From a phage: a stretch of DNA of 64,000 bases. Location: the sequence record PZ154897.1. One strand, written 5' to 3'. The stretch's first letter is position 1; each line of letters starts with the position of its first letter. A program made the translations under genes and the position numbers. The notes below the pieces were generated by a model. That model was not told the origin of the DNA, ran no database searches, and worked only from the letters and a program-made list of their open reading frames with translations. This document shows, in pieces, positions 18,671-28,375 of this stretch.

Positions 18671-20480
18671 GTTTTACTCGTTTTACCATTTCTTTCATTT
18701 TACCTAAATTCCATGGAACAACGCTAGGAGTTCCAAGATATCCGCATGTTCTTCTTATTGTGTTCATCTTTTTAGGATCAGTTTCTCCACAAATAGAACA
18801 AACAAATCCGTTTTCAGTAGGAGTCATTTCATGGGTACTTCCGCATGTAAAACATTTATCTACCGGCATGTTAACACCAAAATAATCTAAATGTTGTGCA
18901 GCATAATCCCATATGGCCTCAAGGCCTTTTAAGTTATTTTTCATATCAGGAAGTTCAACATAAGAAATGTGACCACCTGTCGCAATGAAATGATATGGCG
19001 CTTCACGAGAAATCTTTTCAAACGGAGTAATATTTTCTTCTACTGAAACGTGGAAACTGTTAGTGTACCAGCCTTTATCAGTAACATCCTTTACACTTCC
19101 ATATTTTTCAGTATCAAGTTTACAGAAGCGATAGCACAGGTTTTCAGCAGGTGTAGAATACAAGCTAAAAGCAAAACCGGTTCTTTCAGTCCACTGCTTA
19201 AGACGAGTATTCATTTTAGTTAAAATTTCTTGTCCAATATCACGACCAACAAGAATATTCAATTCGTGAATACCAATGTATCCTAGGGACACTGAACTTC
19301 TACCGTTTTTAAATAACTCAATTATATCATCATCGGGTTTAAGACGAACCCCGAATGCACCTTCTTGGTAAAGAATAGGAGCAACAGTAGCTTTAACTCC
19401 TTTTAAGGAACTAATTCTACACATCAATGCTTCAAAACATAAATCAATTCGTTCATTGAACAATTCGGCAAATTTCTGTTCATTGAACTGTGTTCCAATA
19501 TAAGAATCTAGCGCAATGCGAGGAAGATTCAGTGTTACAACGCCAAGATTATTACGTCCATCAAGAATTTCATTACCAGTCGAATCTTTCCATACGCTCA
19601 AGAAACTGCGGCAACCCATTGGAGAAACAGGAATAGATGAACCTGTGATAGCTTTATTGTTCTTAGCCGAAATGATGTCAGGATACATTCTTTTGCTTGC
19701 ACACTCTAAAGCAAGCTGTTTAATATCATAGTTCGGATCGTCTTTATAAAGATTAACACCTTCTTCAACGAACATAACAAGTTTAGGGAAAATAGGAGTT
19801 ATCCCGTCACGACCAAGACCTTTAATACGATTTTTCAGAATTGCTTTCTGAATCATTCGTTCAGTCCAGTCAGTTCCCGTACCAAATGTAATTGTTACAA
19901 AAGGCGTTTGTCCGTTTGAACTAAAGAGAGTATTTACTTCATATTCATAAGCTTGGAACGCATCGTATACATCTTTTTCTGTTTTAGATTGGGCATAATT
20001 CAATGCATCTGCGATTTGCCATTTTTCCGCGTCCTCAATATGTTTCGCATAGGTGCGTTTAACATAAGGAGAAAGTACTTTATCTACATTCGCAAAAGTC
20101 GTTCCACCATATTGATGGGAAGCAACCTGTGCAGTAATTTGTGCCATAATTGCAGTAGCAACACCGATTGATTTAGGAGTTTCAATCTGTGCATTACCGA
20201 GCTTAAACCCGTTCTCAAGCATTCCTTTTAAATCTACTAAACAACAATTAGTAAAAGGCAATGATATACTGTAATCTAAATCATGAAAATGAATTAATCC
20301 GACGTTATGAGCATTTACAATATGGCTTGGAAGAATACTACAAGCGATATGTTTAGAAACAATACCAGCCATTAAATCTCTTTTTGTTGGAAAGACACGA
20401 GAATCTTTGTTGGCATTTTCGGTATTTAATTCTTTATCTTTATTTGAAATAAAATTTAAAACATCTTTCTCTAAAGACAT
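18663..20480 (-). CDS. nrdD: anaerobic ribonucleoside-triphosphate reductase NrdD (glycyl-radical enzyme), intron-less
   Basis: continuous 605-aa ORF; C-terminal Zn-ribbon CFTCGSTHEMTPTENGFVCSICG and glycyl-radical region RTCGYLGTP. Confidence 0.95.
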   Translation of the reverse strand: MSLEKDVLNFISNKDKELNTENANKDSRVFPTKRDLMAGIVSKHIACSILPSHIVNAHNVGLIHFHDLDYSISLPFTNCCLVDLKGMLENGFKLGNAQIETPKSIGVATAIMAQITAQVASHQYGGTTFANVDKVLSPYVKRTYAKHIEDAEKWQIADALNYAQSKTEKDVYDAFQAYEYEVNTLFSSNGQTPFVTITFGTGTDWTERMIQKAILKNRIKGLGRDGITPIFPKLVMFVEEGVNLYKDDPNYDIKQLALECASKRMYPDIISAKNNKAITGSSIPVSPMGCRSFLSVWKDSTGNEILDGRNNLGVVTLNLPRIALDSYIGTQFNEQKFAELFNERIDLCFEALMCRISSLKGVKATVAPILYQEGAFGVRLKPDDDIIELFKNGRSSVSLGYIGIHELNILVGRDIGQEILTKMNTRLKQWTERTGFAFSLYSTPAENLCYRFCKLDTEKYGSVKDVTDKGWYTNSFHVSVEENITPFEKISREAPYHFIATGGHISYVELPDMKNNLKGLEAIWDYAAQHLDYFGVNMPVDKCFTCGSTHEMTPTENGFVCSICGETDPKKMNTIRRTCGYLGTPSVVPWNLGKMKEMVKRVKHA

Positions 20481-21292
20481 AATTCTAATTTATCCTTTTG
20501 AAATTCTTCGTCTAAATATGGGTTCCAACCCATTTTAAACCTTTTGATGAAATTATCAATTCTAAATTTCGGTAAGTTTAAATCCGCAAAAATAGATGAT
20601 TTACTTTTAAAATATGGACCTAAATAATCATATAAAATTTCTGCGTATTTTAACCATAATATACAAGTACCAGATTTAATTGCTCTCGGAGTTTTCCAAG
20701 GTTTTACACCATACATCGGATTTCCACTTCCTTTATGCCTGATAGAAGATGAAATTCCAATTTTAATTTTAGCTTCCTTTGTGTGCGAAAATCCATGATG
20801 TGGATTTTCTTTCCAGTATTTTTTAGAAGCTTCTGATATTTTCTTTCTGGCTAAATTAGTATGATGCTTTCCATAAAATCCATGATTTTTACCTTTATTA
20901 CGATTTCTTTTAATCATGGTTATTGATTGCTTTTCTCTAGTTTCTTTAGAAGGAGAAATACCATACGTTGTAAATTGACCGTCAGCATATGCTAAATTGA
21001 AATACTCTTTATTCCATATATCTTTTTCTATATTCTTTTGAAATTCAGCTTCAATGCTAGTTATTTGTTCATCTCCGACTAATTGAAAATATAATATTTC
21101 AACTTTCGGCGTTTCTTTCAACAGGGCTTTTTGAAATTCGGAAGATGACGAAGACGAATAATAAAATTTACCATTTTTATCAATAATATTCGTTCCGTCA
21201 AAAGTGCAATTGGTTTTACTTCCAATATAATAATATGGCGGGGTTTTAGCATTAATTCTACTAATAAATGATAGTTTATATACTACATTCAT
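20471..21292 (-). CDS. GIY-YIG-like homing endonuclease (degenerate motif) with NUMOD3 repeats
   Basis: 273 aa; VYKLSFISRINAKTPPYYYIGSKTN; repeats NHGFYGKHHTNLARKKISEASKK / HHGFSHTKEAKIKIGISS / GSGNPMYGVKPWK; very AT-rich; overlaps nrdD start by 10 nt. Confidence 0.6.
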   Translation of the reverse strand: MNVVYKLSFISRINAKTPPYYYIGSKTNCTFDGTNIIDKNGKFYYSSSSSSEFQKALLKETPKVEILYFQLVGDEQITSIEAEFQKNIEKDIWNKEYFNLAYADGQFTTYGISPSKETREKQSITMIKRNRNKGKNHGFYGKHHTNLARKKISEASKKYWKENPHHGFSHTKEAKIKIGISSSIRHKGSGNPMYGVKPWKTPRAIKSGTCILWLKYAEILYDYLGPYFKSKSSIFADLNLPKFRIDNFIKRFKMGWNPYLDEEFQKDKLELCL

Positions 21293-21762
21293 TTTAAACT
21301 CTTTCTAAGCTGCTTCTTGAATGAAGCTATTAATTGTGTTTTGGTGTCAGATTCATTATATTCAAATCCTCTTTGAAGCATCTCGGCCATCATTTCCTCT
21401 TTTCCTAAACGAGAAAATTCCTTTGATTTATCTCCAACGAAGTTAGGGTGAATATTATTTTGGGTGTAATCGGATTTTAAATAAGTAAGTAAATTTTCTA
21501 ACCATTCAAGATAATCAACACCTTGTCCCTTTAAGCCAGAACGATTAAATTTGTGCTTCATTTGACCTTCTGCGGCATTGCATAGATTACAAAGCAATCC
21601 ACGTACCTTTCCTGCTTTTGGTCCATTTAATTCATGGTCATGATCGAGGTGATTAGCTTGAACGTCAGGATTTAGTTCTCGTTGGCAAATTAAGCATTTA
21701 CCATTTTGTGCATCATAAAATTTCTGTTTTTCTTCTTTATATAATTTGCCAGTCAATAACAT
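21289..21762 (-). CDS. 49: endonuclease VII (Holliday-junction resolvase) gp49
   Basis: 157 aa MLLTGKLYKEEKQKFYDAQNGKCLICQRELNPDVQANHLDHDHELNGPKAGKVRGLLCNLCN... matches T4 endo VII from memory. Confidence 0.95.
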   Translation of the reverse strand: MLLTGKLYKEEKQKFYDAQNGKCLICQRELNPDVQANHLDHDHELNGPKAGKVRGLLCNLCNAAEGQMKHKFNRSGLKGQGVDYLEWLENLLTYLKSDYTQNNIHPNFVGDKSKEFSRLGKEEMMAEMLQRGFEYNESDTKTQLIASFKKQLRKSLK

Positions 21763-21803
21763 AATAAACCCTTACCTTAAATAGATAAGGGTATTTATTA
21801 TTT

Positions 21804-22289
21804 TCAAGTATTGTAAAACATTTGATTCAATCGCTTATATTGCCGAATCTTTTGGTCAGAAAAAGAAATTTGAGTTTCAAGCCATTCAATATATTCTGCC
21901 GCAGCTTGCATCAAATTTCCTTCATAGCCATCATTGTTTTCTTGCGCAGCTAATTTAGCTAATGCATATGAAATGCGTTCACCTTGAAAAGCGGCTTTAG
22001 GTTTATGAATAGCTTGATCAACTCGTTCTACAACTTCTTCAATTTCGCCGTTTTCTACTGATTCAGTATTCCATAGGCACCAATATGTAATTGGCTTATC
22101 ATAGATGTTAATAACCTTTCCGTCAGAAAGTTCAATTTCAATAATTCCAGTATCAGGTTCTATATCATCTTCACATTCTTTTGCAAGTTCACGAACTTTA
22201 AAGACAGTACCTGCACTAAGTTCCGGCCAGTAATTACACAGCCCTTTATCAGCACGATTAATTCTAAACCACTTATCTACTGTAATCAT
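21804..22289 (-). CDS. pin: probable protease inhibitor Pin (161 aa) by position and size
   Basis: ORF trimmed to ATG at 22287-22289; synteny downstream of gene 49; identity not sequence-verified. Confidence 0.45.
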   Translation of the reverse strand: MITVDKWFRINRADKGLCNYWPELSAGTVFKVRELAKECEDDIEPDTGIIEIELSDGKVINIYDKPITYWCLWNTESVENGEIEEVVERVDQAIHKPKAAFQGERISYALAKLAAQENNDGYEGNLMQAAAEYIEWLETQISFSDQKIRQYKRLNQMFYNT

Positions 22290-22412
22290 GTCCCATCTCC
22301 ATATCAATTATGTCATTTATTGTAGGTTCATTATATACTGTTTCTTCATCAGTGTAAACCGGTTCTTCCGGTTCTGGCTCTACTGTTTCCCATCTAGCCG
22401 CCCACCAAGGTT

Positions 22413-22733
22413 TTATAGCGTAATCCATTCTCGTATTGTCTGAGTTACTACACGTTCACGGGGCTCGACTAATTCAACAGTCGGAACTGCATAATACCAG
22501 TCAGAATGGTAAGAACCTGAGCGAGATTCATTTACAGACACATGAACGTTATGTTTTGGACTAAAATAAACACACTGACGATATTGACATTTACCGTCTT
22601 GCACCCAGTCTTCTATTTCGACAGGTTTAAGATAATCGGAAAAATCGAAATCATAGTTTTCTGAAAATGCATCATGGTCTTCAATGATTTCACTCAGAAC
22701 TGCATCAACATCTAATTTATTTTCAATATTCAT
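22413..22733 (-). CDS. hypothetical acidic protein
   Basis: 106-aa ORF. Confidence 0.5.
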   Translation of the reverse strand: MNIENKLDVDAVLSEIIEDHDAFSENYDFDFSDYLKPVEIEDWVQDGKCQYRQCVYFSPKHNVHVSVNESRSGSYHSDWYYAVPTVELVEPRERVVTQTIREWITL

Positions 22734-22743
22734 TTGTCACCAA

Positions 22744-22953
22744 TTAATTTCGCAATTTATTAAGTTCTTCATAATCAATCCAGGATTCTAGTCCTGATGG
22801 CAAATCAGATTCAATTTCCCAAAGAAGCTCTTCAATTTTCTGAAGACGATCTAATTCTTCGGCTGGAATAGTAACCATTGACGGAGTTCTTGATACACTA
22901 ATATCGTAAATCATATTTACCCCAGTTTGACCATGCAATCGCCATATTTCCAT
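22744..22953 (-). CDS. hypothetical small protein
   Basis: 69-aa ORF. Confidence 0.45.
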   Translation of the reverse strand: MEIWRLHGQTGVNMIYDISVSRTPSMVTIPAEELDRLQKIEELLWEIESDLPSGLESWIDYEELNKLRN

Positions 22954-23132
22954 TTAGAAATAGACTTTTCACCATTAGAATAATAAACTTCGAGTTTAGC
23001 ACGATTATTTTTAATTTGAATAACCTTTGCTGTCATCAAAGTTCCATACCCATAATAAACTGCAACCTCATCACCTACATATACCGCGCTTCCGCGGTAG
23101 TCATGGATATAATCAGTTCCTTCGAGCATCAT
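22917..23132 (-). CDS. hypothetical small protein
   Basis: 71-aa ORF, 4-bp overlap with nrdC start. Confidence 0.45.
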   Translation of the reverse strand: MMLEGTDYIHDYRGSAVYVGDEVAVYYGYGTLMTAKVIQIKNNRAKLEVYYSNGEKSISKWKYGDCMVKLG

Positions 23133-23392
23133 TTAAAGTATTCCCGCAATTGGTCAAATCCACCAATATGACTTCCATCAGGAGCAAATACTTGTGGCAT
23201 CGTCAGTCCAATTTGAGTATCACGACCTAGTTTCGTCAGAAGCTCAGCGATTTTCTCATCATCAAAAACACCTTTTTCCGGCATAATGTTGATAAATTCA
23301 AACGGCTGTTTCTTCACAGTCAAGAGACGTTTTGCATTATCGCAATACACACATTTGTGGATGTTGCTATCATAACCATATACTTTAAACAT
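23129..23392 (-). CDS. nrdC: thioredoxin/glutaredoxin NrdC
   Basis: 87 aa MFKVYGYDSNIHKCVYCDNAKRLLTVKKQPFEF... with CVYC redox motif; matches T4 NrdC from memory. Confidence 0.9.
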   Translation of the reverse strand: MFKVYGYDSNIHKCVYCDNAKRLLTVKKQPFEFINIMPEKGVFDDEKIAELLTKLGRDTQIGLTMPQVFAPDGSHIGGFDQLREYFK

Positions 23393-23393
23393 A

Positions 23394-23651
23394 TTATTCC
23401 TTAATTCCTAGTACTTGTTTAAAAGTCTCGTCGTAATCAAGACTTTGGCCCGTTTGTTCTTTATGTTTGTATATAATATCACTTACTTCTGATAGCATAT
23501 TTTTATATGAACGAGTTAAAGCAGATTTAAGCACGCTGTATCTATCAGGAAATTTACCGTGTTCATTATAATACGCTATTGCTAATTCACGGACTGCCTT
23601 TTCAGCAATCTCCATATATTCTTTACGCTTTTTCATTTTCTTCTCGGTCAA
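23394..23651 (-). CDS. hypothetical protein (nrdC.1 position)
   Basis: 85-aa ORF. Confidence 0.5.
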   Translation of the reverse strand: MTEKKMKKRKEYMEIAEKAVRELAIAYYNEHGKFPDRYSVLKSALTRSYKNMLSEVSDIIYKHKEQTGQSLDYDETFKQVLGIKE

Positions 23652-23940
23652 ATCGGTGTTTGCAATGACGACATTTATAACGAAGAATACTAGTCTGCCA
23701 ATGAACTAATTGTACCTGTTCAGTACCACATTTTGGGCAGTTCGGAACATTCTTAGAAGCCCTTTCGCGGCGTTCAACCATAACCATAATAGCATCCCAT
23801 GCCGGAGGTTTAAAATCTAAATCGTCACAACCATGAATCTTTCCACGCATTTCCAGATCGTCTTCTTCACCAGCCATAATAATTTTAATTAGACTAGAAT
23901 TACTTGAAGCTGCAATGTCTTCTAATAGACGCTTTTTCAT
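23623..23940 (-). CDS. Zn-ribbon protein (CPKCGT...CRHCKH)
   Basis: 105-aa ORF with two CxxC pairs. Confidence 0.5.
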   Translation of the reverse strand: MKKRLLEDIAASSNSSLIKIIMAGEEDDLEMRGKIHGCDDLDFKPPAWDAIMVMVERRERASKNVPNCPKCGTEQVQLVHWQTSILRYKCRHCKHRFDREENEKA

Positions 23941-24866
23941 TTCAATACCTCAATAGCATTACGTAAACCATTTGCTTTTGCATTAAGAGCTTTTAACAAT
24001 TTGGTGTGTTCGGCAATCTGGGCTTCAACTTCAACCAATCGAGATTTGAGATATTCACGTTCTTCACTCAGGTTATCAACCTTTTCTACTTTAGGTTCTT
24101 TTACATCTGGCTTATATGTATTAGGGTTCTTCAGTTTAATTAGAATGCGTGAACTGTATAACATTGAACCATTATCTTCGGTTTCGTCATACATTTCCAC
24201 TACGTCCATAATTTTTAGCATCATGCGGAGTTTATAAGACAACGAACGAATAGTTTTGTTATGCTTATTAATTTCTCTAGCATTCATGGTGCCGAGATTA
24301 CGTGAGTAATAATAAGGAACCTGGATATTAATTAATACTGATGAACCACCTGGCTTGTGTGTTACTTCATCAGCAATAACCCAATCCTTAACATGAACTG
24401 TATTTGTACGGTCATCACCCGCGGTAAACAGTTTGCGAGCATGCTTAAAAAGCATATTCACTTGGTCATTGAATTGACAAGCAAATTTATCAGCAAATTT
24501 AGTTTCAGGAATGGTAGATAACCAATCAGCCAAATGAGTCTTTTTAACATCGTTAACAATAGTAAATTCAACCAAATCAGTTATAGATGTCTCAGATTTA
24601 ATAAAGCTCGGCTTCATAAAGTTTTTAATGTTATCGCGAGCTACAGTAGAAGATAACATACGAGAACGTTTAAACCATTCAAGCAAATTGCCTAACGAAT
24701 GAGAATAAGCGTTTTGAGTATCTTTACAGATATGATTTTCCTGGCCAACATATTGAAGGAAATCACGAAGAATATTATTGATTACTGCTCTGTGCCCGAT
24801 TTGATAATTACGGTGTTTAGTAATAAGACTGTCAAAATAATCAATATAATGTTTACGAGTTTTCAT
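23937..24866 (-). CDS. paralog family member A: ~260-aa N-terminal domain + Pro/Lys linker + C-terminal coiled coil
   Basis: 309 aa; tail ...[60 protein letters not shown]. Confidence 0.6.
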   Translation of the reverse strand: MKTRKHYIDYFDSLITKHRNYQIGHRAVINNILRDFLQYVGQENHICKDTQNAYSHSLGNLLEWFKRSRMLSSTVARDNIKNFMKPSFIKSETSITDLVEFTIVNDVKKTHLADWLSTIPETKFADKFACQFNDQVNMLFKHARKLFTAGDDRTNTVHVKDWVIADEVTHKPGGSSVLINIQVPYYYSRNLGTMNAREINKHNKTIRSLSYKLRMMLKIMDVVEMYDETEDNGSMLYSSRILIKLKNPNTYKPDVKEPKVEKVDNLSEEREYLKSRLVEVEAQIAEHTKLLKALNAKANGLRNAIEVLK

Positions 24867-24918
24867 GTTCTTCTCACTTGGTTAATGATTTATACTCCGA
24901 GCCATCCTTGGCTTTAAA

Positions 24919-25920
24919 TTACTTAATTAATTGTAAAGCTTGTTCCAGACGATCCAGACGATTAACAGATTCTTCCCAAATCCTTTTAGTCTTCTCATAT
25001 TCTTTCTGTGCTTTATTAGAAATTTCTAGAGCTTCTTTATAAGCTTTTTCTAATGCAATAACTTCTGGACGAATTTCTACCGGTTCAGGTGAATCGTCAA
25101 GACATTCCATTAGTTCCTCAAGGGTAGTTTCTTCTTTAGGAGTATTCACAATTTCTTCGCATTTTTGTTGATAAATTTCTTTATCAGTCGGTGAGTACGC
25201 ACGCTTTACTTCACGAAGGCTAATTATAATTTTATATCCTTCCCAACCACACATATTTTTGAAAGGATATGTATGAATACTTTTTACAGTTTCCATACAG
25301 CCCAAAGCCGCCTCTAATTGATAAGTTATAGTGCTAGCAATTGAGAAAAATTTATTAATATTCTTTTGGTTAGCGTTTGGTGTAAAAAATCCATAATTCA
25401 CAAAAATAGCTACTTTATTTTTATCAAGCTCATATTCTTTTACGATAATCATATCAGAAGCCAAAGGATGAATTTGACGATAATCGCCATAGCATAATTT
25501 AGAAGCTGATTTTAGAATTTGTCCTTTAAAAAGTCTGAAATTACTAATCCAACGACGAGTAAAAATATTCTCAGGGTCTTCTTTATTATTAAGATGATAA
25601 GAATTAACATCACCGAACCAATTATATCCTACTACATCTTTAGTTCGTTTAATTTCTTTCCCAAATTTACTAAGAATATCTCTGTTGACTAAGTATGAAA
25701 GAAGACGAGACCCTTTAAAGGTTTTCTTAATGTCTTCTTTATCTGTACGACTAGAAATTTCACGAACTTCATGAATAAATTTGCCAGAAGAAACAATACT
25801 TGCATCAGTATTATTGAGCCATTGATTGATAATAGAAATCAAACTATTCTGACTAGACATAGGTTTAACTTTATCATCAATAACGCTGTTGAACGATTTG
25901 ATATATTCGTTGCGAGTCAT
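24919..25920 (-). CDS. paralog family member B (C-terminal coiled coil)
   Basis: 333 aa from MTRNEYIKSF (ORF-track extension trimmed; GGAG SD); tail ...SPEPVEIRPEVIALEKAYKEALEISNKAQKEYEKTKRIWEESVNRLDRLEQALQLIK. Confidence 0.6.
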   Translation of the reverse strand: MTRNEYIKSFNSVIDDKVKPMSSQNSLISIINQWLNNTDASIVSSGKFIHEVREISSRTDKEDIKKTFKGSRLLSYLVNRDILSKFGKEIKRTKDVVGYNWFGDVNSYHLNNKEDPENIFTRRWISNFRLFKGQILKSASKLCYGDYRQIHPLASDMIIVKEYELDKNKVAIFVNYGFFTPNANQKNINKFFSIASTITYQLEAALGCMETVKSIHTYPFKNMCGWEGYKIIISLREVKRAYSPTDKEIYQQKCEEIVNTPKEETTLEELMECLDDSPEPVEIRPEVIALEKAYKEALEISNKAQKEYEKTKRIWEESVNRLDRLEQALQLIK

Positions 25921-25947
25921 ATTAATCTCCTCAGTAGAAAGTAAGAA

Positions 25948-25978
25948 CATTATACCACATCCTTGTGGCAAAGTAAAC
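25948..25978 (-). promoter_or_regulatory. early sigma70-type promoter inside the B/C junction
   Basis: minus-strand GTTTAC (25973-25978) and TGTGGTATAAT (25948-25958). Confidence 0.45.
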
Positions 25979-27006
25979 TAGTTTAGTGCATTTAGTGCAT
26001 TGTTCAGTTTAGAACGTTGCTTCGTGAGATTTTTGACTTTTTCTTGAGCTTTTTCTAGCATCTTTTCAGCTTCTAGCACTTCATTAGTTGCTTTAACGAG
26101 TTCATCATCTACTGCCTTGATAGACTTCTCAATCGCATCTGCATGCCATTTTTCAACAGGTTTAAGACTCGGATTTTCAACAGGAAGAAAATTCACTTTA
26201 TTGAATTTCCATTCATCCTTATTACCTGAACTATACATCCAAAATTTAGGATCGTTTGATAAGTAATTGGATAAATTTAAATTTAAGTTATCTTGCACTT
26301 CCTGCTTTTTCTCTTGCGTGACTTCGTCCTTTCTCAAAAAATCGTATTTAAATGAAACGATCATATCAAGTTCATATGTTGTTGTGTCTAATTTAAATCG
26401 TTCGAAATGCTGTGAAATCTTAGACTGAACAGCAGCAACAACATCCATATACTTAAATGCTTCTGTCAACTGCGATTTAAGGCATTCGCAAATTGAAAGA
26501 GAATTTTTTGTATTAGGTTTAAAGCTAATTCGTGCGGTTCTATTATTTTCTTTTAATGGTCTTACTTCCATCTGAAGAGTATAACCATCAAATTTCAGAT
26601 TCTTTAAATTAATATCAGAACCTTTTAATCGACTCGCAGTTGATAAAATTTGCTTTAATTGCCTACGGAACAGAGCAATAAATCTCCATTCAATACGATA
26701 ATGATTTGGATTGAAAAATCCAGATGATAAATCGACCTTACTTTGGCCAACGCCTTGAACAAATAGAGGATTTTTATAATCAATAGTTTTACAGAAATCG
26801 GTGAGCTGCTCACGAGCAGTCATTTGTGTAATATATCCCGCTTTATTAAAATTACGCACCCATTCACTGCTATTCGTATACTTAAAGTGATGAATAACAC
26901 GATTAACTTTATCAGGGTCTAAATTATTTTCACACAAAAATGTCATAACATCACGAGTATAGCTGGCATTACGAACCATATCTTCAATTTGAGAACGAGT
27001 TTTCAT
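25978..27006 (-). CDS. paralog family member C (C-terminal coiled coil)
   Basis: 342 aa; tail ...SLKPVEKWHADAIEKSIKAVDDELVKATNEVLEAEKMLEKAQEKVKNLTKQRSKLNNALNALN. Confidence 0.6.
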   Translation of the reverse strand: MKTRSQIEDMVRNASYTRDVMTFLCENNLDPDKVNRVIHHFKYTNSSEWVRNFNKAGYITQMTAREQLTDFCKTIDYKNPLFVQGVGQSKVDLSSGFFNPNHYRIEWRFIALFRRQLKQILSTASRLKGSDINLKNLKFDGYTLQMEVRPLKENNRTARISFKPNTKNSLSICECLKSQLTEAFKYMDVVAAVQSKISQHFERFKLDTTTYELDMIVSFKYDFLRKDEVTQEKKQEVQDNLNLNLSNYLSNDPKFWMYSSGNKDEWKFNKVNFLPVENPSLKPVEKWHADAIEKSIKAVDDELVKATNEVLEAEKMLEKAQEKVKNLTKQRSKLNNALNALN

Positions 27007-27014
27007 GGTATTCC

Positions 27015-27905
27015 TTAAGATTTAAGTAAATCAACAATTTTAATTAACTTTTCACGCTCAGATTTAGCTTTACTACTCAGTCCAGATAGTCTGAAAATTT
27101 CATCGTCATATTGTTGAATAGAAATATTCAGCTCTTCAATCTGCTTATTAAAATAATCAATTTGTTCAGAATGTTTTTCGTTACTACGAACTGGTACAGG
27201 TTTTGTAGGCAATTTAGTTGAACTGGATTCATCCGGGCGATAAATTAAAATACAACTTGAACCAATAGGGCATTTAGCACCAGATGAATATTCTAGTGTT
27301 CCAGCTTCTTTTAAAACTTCAAAAGCTAAACAGAGATGATGACCCATATTGACATAATCTGTAGAGCGAGCTCTGATGTAATAATCATCTCCGCGAATAC
27401 TAAATTTAAAGCATTTAAGGTCTTCTGTATTATTGGTCTTAAAAATCATTTGTTTATCTAGACCTTTAGCTAATCGAGCGCCCAATGCTAATAATCGTCG
27501 TTGATTTTCCCACAAATCCGCAATCATTTGATCGAATGATAATTTTGGCATTAGTCGACCATAAAGGTCATATCCTTTATTATAATTACGAAGGATTTCG
27601 CTCGCATTAATACGAGACAACGCTCCAATTTTATTAAGGGCTTTCATAATGCGATTAGATAAACTCATTCCAGACCCGGTTGTTCGCTGCAAATGTTTTT
27701 CTAATCCAAATCCAATATCAACTTTAAACTTATCTAAAATTTCTGCATGAACATCTTTGTCGATAACATTCAAATCCAAAGTTGGGTTAAATCTATGAAA
27801 AAATTTATCTGGCTCTCCACGGCGAAGTACAGTCCATTCATTCATCATTTTTTTATTAACTAATGATTTAATTACTGCATTGACATTATTAATTACTACT
27901 GACAT
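27015..27905 (-). CDS. paralog family member D (C-terminal coiled coil)
   Basis: 296 aa from MSVVINNVN (GAGGA SD); tail ...TKPVPVRSNEKHSEQIDYFNKQIEELNISIQQYDDEIFRLSGLSSKAKSEREKLIKIVDLLKS. Confidence 0.6.
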   Translation of the reverse strand: MSVVINNVNAVIKSLVNKKMMNEWTVLRRGEPDKFFHRFNPTLDLNVIDKDVHAEILDKFKVDIGFGLEKHLQRTTGSGMSLSNRIMKALNKIGALSRINASEILRNYNKGYDLYGRLMPKLSFDQMIADLWENQRRLLALGARLAKGLDKQMIFKTNNTEDLKCFKFSIRGDDYYIRARSTDYVNMGHHLCLAFEVLKEAGTLEYSSGAKCPIGSSCILIYRPDESSSTKLPTKPVPVRSNEKHSEQIDYFNKQIEELNISIQQYDDEIFRLSGLSSKAKSEREKLIKIVDLLKS

Positions 27906-27912
27906 ATTTTCC

Positions 27913-28320
27913 TCACTCAATTTCAATTTTACTAAATACACAGAATATGATTGAACAGACTACATAAGCGCCACACACGGATTGAACTAATACCATCCCA
28001 AAGAACCAAACAATATTATCAAACAGTGTCTGTTTTACGTCGAAAGGACGTAAACTTACAGTAATATTATCACCCTTTTCTATTGAAGAATACATCTCTG
28101 GGGAAATATATTCACTAAATCTATAACCGTCTTTGAGTTCATATACGGCAATAAACGATAAACTAGACCCCTTTCCTTGTGTTCCTGTAATGGTATTAAC
28201 TACAGTAACATCATAATCTTTATAATGCATATAATCATTAATTGCGTAATAACCGTATGCAACTACTACACATAAACAACATATCAATAAATTCAATCTT
28301 TTAATTATCAACTGTTTCAT
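27913..28320 (-). CDS. membrane protein (N- and C-terminal TM segments)
   Basis: 135 aa; LLICCLCVVVAYGYYAI and IVWFFGMVLVQSVCGAYVVCSIIFCVF. Confidence 0.5.
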   Translation of the reverse strand: MKQLIIKRLNLLICCLCVVVAYGYYAINDYMHYKDYDVTVVNTITGTQGKGSSLSFIAVYELKDGYRFSEYISPEMYSSIEKGDNITVSLRPFDVKQTLFDNIVWFFGMVLVQSVCGAYVVCSIIFCVFSKIEIE

Positions 28321-28375
28321 AATAATCTCAATTAAAAGGGCTTAGAACCATTATACCATCCTTGGTATAAAGCGG

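Noticed and set aside
18663-20480. Expected group I intron in nrdD
   Set aside because: The ORF is continuous over 605 codons with conserved N- and C-terminal regions; no room for an intron
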